Assembly (NCBI RefSeq): GCF_009914755.1
Contig: NC_060934.1
Direction: 5' to 3' (one strand)
Length of the DNA stretch: 64,000 bases
Source: the human T2T-CHM13v2.0 reference genome, Homo sapiens
Shown here: positions 56,664 to 64,000 of the stretch, piece after piece
Layout: each line of letters opens with the position of its first letter
How positions within the stretch are numbered: the stretch's first letter is position 1
Made by a program: the position numbers and the translations under genes
Notes under the pieces: model-generated
What the model was told of the DNA's origin: nothing
The model's input: the letters and a program-made list of their open reading frames with translations, nothing else
Databases searched by the model: none

Positions 56664-57785
56664 GTAATTGTTTTTAGCCTTTGAACTTTTTGAGATGGGA
56701 TCCAGCCTGCTTGGCTGGCTTCTTTCACAGCTGTGTGATGAGGAATCACAAACTGCAGAGATCTTTAAAAAATTTTTAAGCTCTGGGATGAGCTATATAT
56801 TTGGCTTCATATAGAAAGCAGCTTATCATGTCTGACATTTATATGCAGAAAGGTGCAAATCAACCTAATTATAGAGGGAGACAAACTTTTTGTTGTGATA
56901 AATACCATGTTACTTTGAATTACTAGAATAGGAACTGGCATATTTCTCTTATTTTAACTAGTGTAAAGTAAAATTGTAGTTATCACCACTCTGAAGCTTC
57001 AGATTAGCAATTTACAACTAGGATTAGTAGTTGGGCACATATTTTATTACCATATAAGTATGTTTGATACACATAATTTTCTGCCTGAAAGTGGAATGCC
57101 ACTTTTAGTTGTTTTTCTCTGAACCCACAAAGCTATGGTTTTGAGAAAGAGGAGAAACAACACACATTAGGCTATCCTTTTGTAGACTGGGATTCATAAT
57201 AGCAGCAGCAGGAGGAAATTTTTCTGTTCAAATTGATGAGCTTTATACGGAATGTAGTCTAAAGTTGTTCTCCTAAAGGTATTGGGCATATGAGTTTTGT
57301 TTCAGGTTGAAAAGATTAAAAAATTGTCTTTTCCTGTTTGCTGAGGAAATAGAGATACATTGGTGGTGTAGGAAATTTCAAACTTTTTCTCTAAAGGTTA
57401 AAGTCTAAGTCTTTTGAAGTGAATTGACAATAGAGAGATTAACAGGAGAAAATGTCATACAGGAATAGTGTATGGGGGAGGTCATGGTGACAGAATTGGA
57501 GGATGGAGTCAGAAAAAGGTGTGTCTAGAGTGCTATAAGTGCAGCCAACTAATGGAGAGCCACTTAGGACATTGCAATTAATTTAGCTTTTACTTAGAGT
57601 GAGATAGAAGTCACTGGATGGCTCTAGGCAGAGCAATGAACTTATTAGACTTAGATTTTTAACAAAATTGTTGTGGCTGCTGTGTTGAAAAAAAAAATAA
57701 AGAAGCTGCTACAATAATCCAGGGAACAATAGTGGTGACTTTGTTCACTGTGGGAGAAGGAGATTGAAAAATCATCAGATTGTGA

Positions 57786-57787
<2 letters not shown>

Positions 57788-57841
<54 letters not shown>

Positions 57842-58145
57842 ATATATATATATTTTTTTTTTTGAGACAGTGTCTTGCTCTGTCGCCCAGGCTGGAGTGC
57901 AATGGCGTGATCTCGGCTTACTGCAACCTCCACCTCCCTGGTTCAAGTCATTCTCCTGACCTGGCCTCCTGAGTAGCTGGGATTACAGGTGCCTGCCACC
58001 ATGCCCGGCTAATTTTTTTGTATTTTTAGTAGAGACGGGGTTTCACTATGTTGGTCAGGCTGATCTCAAACTCCTGACCTCGTGATCTGCCTGCCTCGGC
58101 CTCCCAAAGTGCTGGGATTACAGGCGTGAGCCACCACACCCAGCC
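57788..58145 (-). mobile_element. AluSg/Sc-like with a tail-derived (TC)n(TATC)n(TA)n microsatellite
   Basis: Perfect TSD gattgtgact at 57778-57787 and 58146-58155 encloses both the STR (57788-57852) and the Alu. Confidence 0.93.
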
Positions 58146-59249
58146 GATTGTGACTATATTTTGAAGGTAAAACTGAAAAGCTTTACCATTGCAGTAAACT
58201 TGTAAAATGAGAGAAAGAGAGGAATCAAGGGGAAACCCTGAGGTTTCTGTTGTAAATAATTAGAAGGATGGAGTTGTTATGAATTGACATGAAGAAGACT
58301 GGAAGAACAGTACACTGAGGTGGAGAGATAAGAAGCTCAGGGAGAGAGGCTGGAGTAAAATCAGAAGCTTAAGTGATCTTTGGCAGGTAGATGGTTTCTT
58401 GTAGCATTGTTTATGTAGAGGGAGCTATTGGCTATCTGAATATCATTCTGTGGGACCAAATGCGGATGAATACAAGGCAGAACCCTGAAGGAGGGAGCAG
58501 CCAACAATTATTATAAAACCATGAATGGATCTTAAAAACATCATGCCGAGAGAAAAGCTTAAAACCAAAAAAAAAAGAGATAGTTATTGAAAGATCATTT
58601 ACATATATGAAGACATATGAGCACAAAAATACATTTTGCTGGGAGTCCTGACAAAATATTGAAAATTGGATATACGTGAACAGTGGTCTGTATCAGAAAA
58701 GGGAAGGGAGATCTATAGGGATAAAAGGGAATGAATGAATGAATGAATGAAGAGGAAGGCATAAGGCCTTGACTGATTCTTCACATTTCTACTTTAAGAG
58801 ACTGAGGAATGAAGAGGGACCAGGAAAGCCTGTGGAAGTAGGAGGAAAATCAGGAGCTTTTTGCTTGTTAAAATCCAAGAGAAGAGAATAACTTAGAGAA
58901 GAGTCAGCAAAGCTTGGATTTTAATTTAGGTGAAAAGATAAGGAGAGAAATGGGGTCAACAGGTAGGAAAGGGAAAGTCAGGTTGAGAGAAGAACAGAAC
59001 ATATTACTGAAGCAGGGGACAGAGAGGTTTGCACATATAAGCCCCTTGAGTAAGCACAAGAGAATAGGCGCTGTAGTGCCTCTAGAAACAGGGAAGGTAG
59101 ACTATCTGGTTACACATGCAGGTGGATGAATTGATGTAATGGCTGGAGCTGTGGAAAGCCTGTTCTGATATATTCTATTTTCATAGGATGCAGAAAGCAA
59201 GTATGATTGCTAGGCATCATTAAGGCCCTGCTTGATGTTAGTAATCCCA

Positions 59250-59737
59250 AATCTTATTCAAGATTATTGCAATAGGGGAAGGAGAATTAATTCCATGGAA
59301 CAAAAGGTAGGAGAGCTTTTAAGCACTGGGGTGAGCTAGTGGAAAAGTCACATAGGTGAACTCCAGTGGGGGTACTCTAGGAGGGAGGCAGTTGTTCATT
59401 GTGATTAGGCCATCTGTGTTTGCTATTTGTTCCTGATGGAAGTTAGGCTCCCATCCTCCCAAGAGACTGAGAGAAAAGGATCTGTCTCTTTTCTTCTAAG
59501 ATTACATTTCAAAAGGATGGTTCCAAGGTCCTTGAGAAGGACATTCCTGGGGTGTGAAATCAGCTGGGAGAAGATTTTCATCACAAAGAGGCAGATTAAG
59601 AATTTTCAGTTGAAATTTCTTTAAAAGTAAGTGCTCTAAGTAAAGGGAAATCAGGAGCCTTGAGTCAGGAAGCTGACTGTCTAAAGTTTAGTCAAAAGTT
59701 TAGTCAAGCAGAGGGGAATATTAAGCCCTCTTGGACA
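59250..59737 (-). mobile_element. MER67/MER31-group ERV1 LTR
   Basis: The minus strand starts tgtccaagagggcttaatattcccctctgcttgactaaac...; gtgattaggccatctgtgtttgct motif. Confidence 0.7.
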
Positions 59738-61019
59738 CTAGAACATTTGATTATGTGTCTGTTTTTTAGCCTCATTCGTTTACCTGGATTCACTTTCCAG
59801 GTAGATATAGAATTGGATTTAACCAGGATTGTTATTTTGCCAAGCGAAGATGGGTGGTTGATAGAGGGAATGGGGCGTTGAGTGCATATGGAGAGTGATT
59901 GTAATGATTGACCTTGGAATTTAAACAGGGCAAGGAGGAGACAAGCACCAGATGGGCAATGGCCAGTGAGAAGTGGTAGGATCAGTGACTTTTAGTCTCA
60001 TGAGGTTAAAGAATTTCTGGAGTAGGGCTATAAGAAGGGATAAGTTAGAAAGATAGTGAAAATGCTTTTGTCTCTAGGTACTGACTATACCAGTAATTCT
60101 GTGATCCATATACAGATTCTTAGCTGGTGGTTTATTGAAGTCAGCTTTGCTGTGACTTACTGGTCTCCTTCATCTATGTGAACACAAAGTGAAGCAGAAC
60201 ATTGTCACATTTGACTCCTATGTTCAAGTATAAAAAATTTATGAGAAAAAGTACTGGCTATATTTCTCTCTGAATGTGCTGACCTATAACCTCTGTAAAT
60301 ATAAAACTACTTTTCCAAGTTGGTCTTTTGCCTTTTGCTTTTTTTATTGAATACACTGAAGACTCTCTGGTGACATTGTGTGTTGTTGTTTTTAAATCAA
60401 ACTAAAGCACAAATTTATTAGCCCCAGTCAACCTCCTAAAAAAAAAAAAAACCCAACAAAACAAAGACTTCATGAAATTCTTTAATCATTGTCTTTCTTT
60501 TCCACAGCTGTAAAAGTATTTGCTATTTTGTGTAACAAAAGCCATAGCTCTATAAATAATTCTGACCAAAGAAATGTTTTAGTATTTTATGTCAGATTTT
60601 CTAATCAGAAGATGCCTTAATTTGTGTTTGGATTGTGTGAGCCATAGTACAGTCCATACCAATGCTGAATTAAAATGGAAACAGATTATTAAGTACTCAT
60701 ACATTTGTTTTCAGGATGTAAAAATGAAGTAAACACACAAAATGCAAAGTAGACATGTAAATACAGTACCCAGTACAAACAAAGTGTTTAACTCAAGTTG
60801 AATAAACAGGCACAATGAGAAACTAAATTATATATCAGATAAAGTGAAGCAAATTTGGAAGAGCAAAAGCAATACTGAAGTCACATAACATTAAGGGGAA
60901 ATGTGCTTGCATAATAATTGAGCTGTCTATCTCAAATAGCCACAAGAAGATGAAAGAACCCCAGATAATTTTGAAAGGAAAGCAGTACCATTAAAGCCTT
61001 CAACAAAGAAGTTTATAGC

Positions 61020-61610
61020 TTTGTTCGTTTGACAAATATTTATGGAGCACTTGCCATGTGCCAGGAATTGTTTCAGGGCCTGGAGATTCAGGACTGCGCT
61101 CTCTCATAGCATGTGTTTCAATGAAGGATACTATGATAAGGAAGGAAGGAAAATAACATCAAGTGAGAAGGCTACTTCTGTAATTACTAAGGGAAGAACT
61201 CTCTGAGGAGGTGATATTTAAACCAAGATCTAAATGAACGTATGGGGAGCCATGTGCATCTGGTGGAAGGAAGAGCAGACACACCATTTTAAAGTAGGAA
61301 TGAGTTTGCTGCTCTTAAAGAACAGAAGGAATATTTGTGGATGGTGGTAGTGTGTTGAGAGGAGGCTACAGAAAATTAAGCAGGACCAAGTTGCAGAGGG
61401 TTCTGCCAGTCATGATAAGGAGTCTGGTTTTTATTCTAAATGTAATGGGGAGATTTTTATGGTTGTAAGTAGTAAAGTGACATAAGCTGAGTTACGTTTT
61501 AATAACATCTCTCTGACACTTGTGAGAAGAATGGATTACTGAGGGAAAGGCCAGTTAGAGGGCTACTGCAAAATAACCCAGGTGAGGGTGGATGGTTTGC
61601 ATGTGGACTT
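61020..61610 (-). mobile_element. L2 fragment
   Basis: caaatatttatggagcacttgccatgtgccagg, ctctctgaggaggtgatattt, ataaggagtctggtttttattctaa. Confidence 0.75.
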
Positions 61611-62019
61611 ATTTCTTATTGACTATTCATTCTGAATATTCATTGTAAAACAATACTTCCAGCAGAAGAGAAAACAATTTAAAAGTAATATGGAAAGACA
61701 GAGACTGAGAGAAACAAGTGTAACCAGACAAAAAGAGCATTGAACATAATGATATTGAAAGTGATATGGATAGTTAAGTGTGACAAGAAGGCAAGGGTAC
61801 AACACCTGGGGAATCTTGTTATGAAAATGAAAAAATTAAAATAAAAAATAAAGGATTTAGGAGTGATTTCTGCCATGGCCCACCCCAGCCCCCACCTACC
61901 CCCTTCTGAAATTTCTAGCATAAATATACCACCCACTTGTGAGTTTCTCCCCATGAGATTATAGTACAGGAATGAATCTCTTTATTCTTTTTGTTTGTTC
62001 ATTGGCATTATTACTATTA

Positions 62020-62590
<571 letters not shown>

Positions 62591-64000
62591 AACCTTTTTC
62601 TCTTTCCTTTATATAACATACTAGAACAATTTCCTTTGTATGGTGAATCACTCCTTCTTCAAGAACAAATGAGAGTTTTCTCTAGTCTCTTTGAAAAGTT
62701 GTGTATACTTACAGGTATAGAGTTTCTTGGTCAAAAATCTGTCCAGACCAAACACAGTAATCTCAATATTTTCCTAGGCTGTGTTTTGAAAGACAAGTTC
62801 AAGTAATTTACTTGACTCTCTAAGTGTTCACTGTTATTGTCACTGTAGTATACTCTACTTATCCCATATTTGACTCAAATCGAGACAATAAATATTAGAG
62901 ATTATTTTAGGACTCAGATTTATTTTGATAGAGAAGCCATTTTTAGTTTGTAAAATAGGAGTTTTAGGTGCAAGTATGGAACAGAAAACTCTGACTTTAT
63001 AAACTGGTTGCATTAATCTCTATACTATCCCATATAGTACTGTGAAAATATGTATTTGAATTAATTGAATGTATTTGAGTCTATTCTGAGAGTCTAGGAT
63101 GTACCTGGGGGAAGAGGAAAAAATTGTGAAATTATAAAACAGGATCCAATCTCCTCTTTCTTACTGTAACAAGCTAACTCATTTTCTTTCTTCTCTTATG
63201 TATACTAAGATAAGTCTCTATACATGAATTACATTTTTCAAATGGTTTGAAGAACCCCTAACTAATCTCCAGCTAAGAAATAGCTCCCTTTAATTATTGC
63301 TTACCCAATCACAATGGAGAAATGTCAGTGAGAAAATAAAAAAAAAAAGTATTTATCTAAATGTTGAGGCTATGATGACATCTTTAAAGAAAGCAGCAAA
63401 TAAAAACTTTTTTTTCATAGAGAAAAGTAGCAAAGATTAACCTAATATGTCACAAAAAGCACTTAAAAGTCAATTTGAATCAGGGGTTATACATTCACAA
63501 ATGGGGGAGTAAAAGTTGAGATACCTTGAGGAAAACCGAACTTTATTGAAAACACCAAATTGGAGAACCAAATTAAGTCAACAAATTCACTTTTTACCAC
63601 CTGGTGTGAGTACCATTCCTTTATCTATGTGAAGAGAAGTGGGGCATGGATGCTATGTTTAGATCTCCTGATTTTTAGGTAGAAAACAAAGCATATCAGA
63701 ACCACTTCTTTGCTTGTATTAAAGTCAATTTCATGTCCAATTTTCCCTTTAAAACATTTGATTAGATTTTCTTGGAATAAAAGACTTCTGTCTCACTAAC
63801 TTTTTAAGAACTCTCTACCTTTGATTTGCAATTTTGCATGATTGGATCTTGGAAACATTTCATCCTAACTTATGAGTTGTTCTGATTTGTGTCCCTGGAT
63901 GGTGCACTTATGTACGTTATTATCCACTGGATATTTATACTTCTAAGGCACCGATAAGGTCTTGGGCAAATAACATTTCTTACTTACTAAATTATTAATT

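Larger units (their letters stand above)
57480..60060 (-). mobile_element. Long fragmented L2 interrupted by an Alu and an LTR
   Basis: Purine-rich L2 motifs (gaagctgctacaataatccagg, atattttgaaggt, gagaggaatcaagg, gtaggaggaaaatcaggag). Confidence 0.65.

Overview
This is AT-rich, CpG-depleted primate genomic DNA, almost certainly human (it carries a young AluYg6-type insertion). The window is essentially intronic sequence of PRKG1 (cGMP-dependent protein kinase I) on the + strand. The only coding sequence I can support is a 64-nt internal exon at 56600-56663, encoding (S)[21 protein letters not shown] between canonical splice sites; it is missed by the ORF track. Everything else is transposon remnants (Alu, L1, L2, MIR, ERV/MaLR LTRs, hAT/Tigger elements), microsatellites and unique non-coding DNA. 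The listed ORFs look like chance frames or repeat-derived frames. I found no convincing new multi-gene system. The best second-look items are: (1) a dense AP-1 plus ER6 nuclear-receptor motif cluster in a probable ancient LTR at about 28.0-28.9 kb; (2) a decoy/poison exon 47 nt upstream of the real exon; (3) a fold-back inverted duplication around a TA tract at about 1.0-1.3 kb; (4) a 51-bp dispersed, apparently templated duplication; (5) a twin-primed (5'-inverted) old L1; (6) a roughly 460-bp TA minisatellite. Repeat subfamily names come from recalled consensus sequences, and their boundaries are approximate unless target-site duplications (TSDs) are cited.
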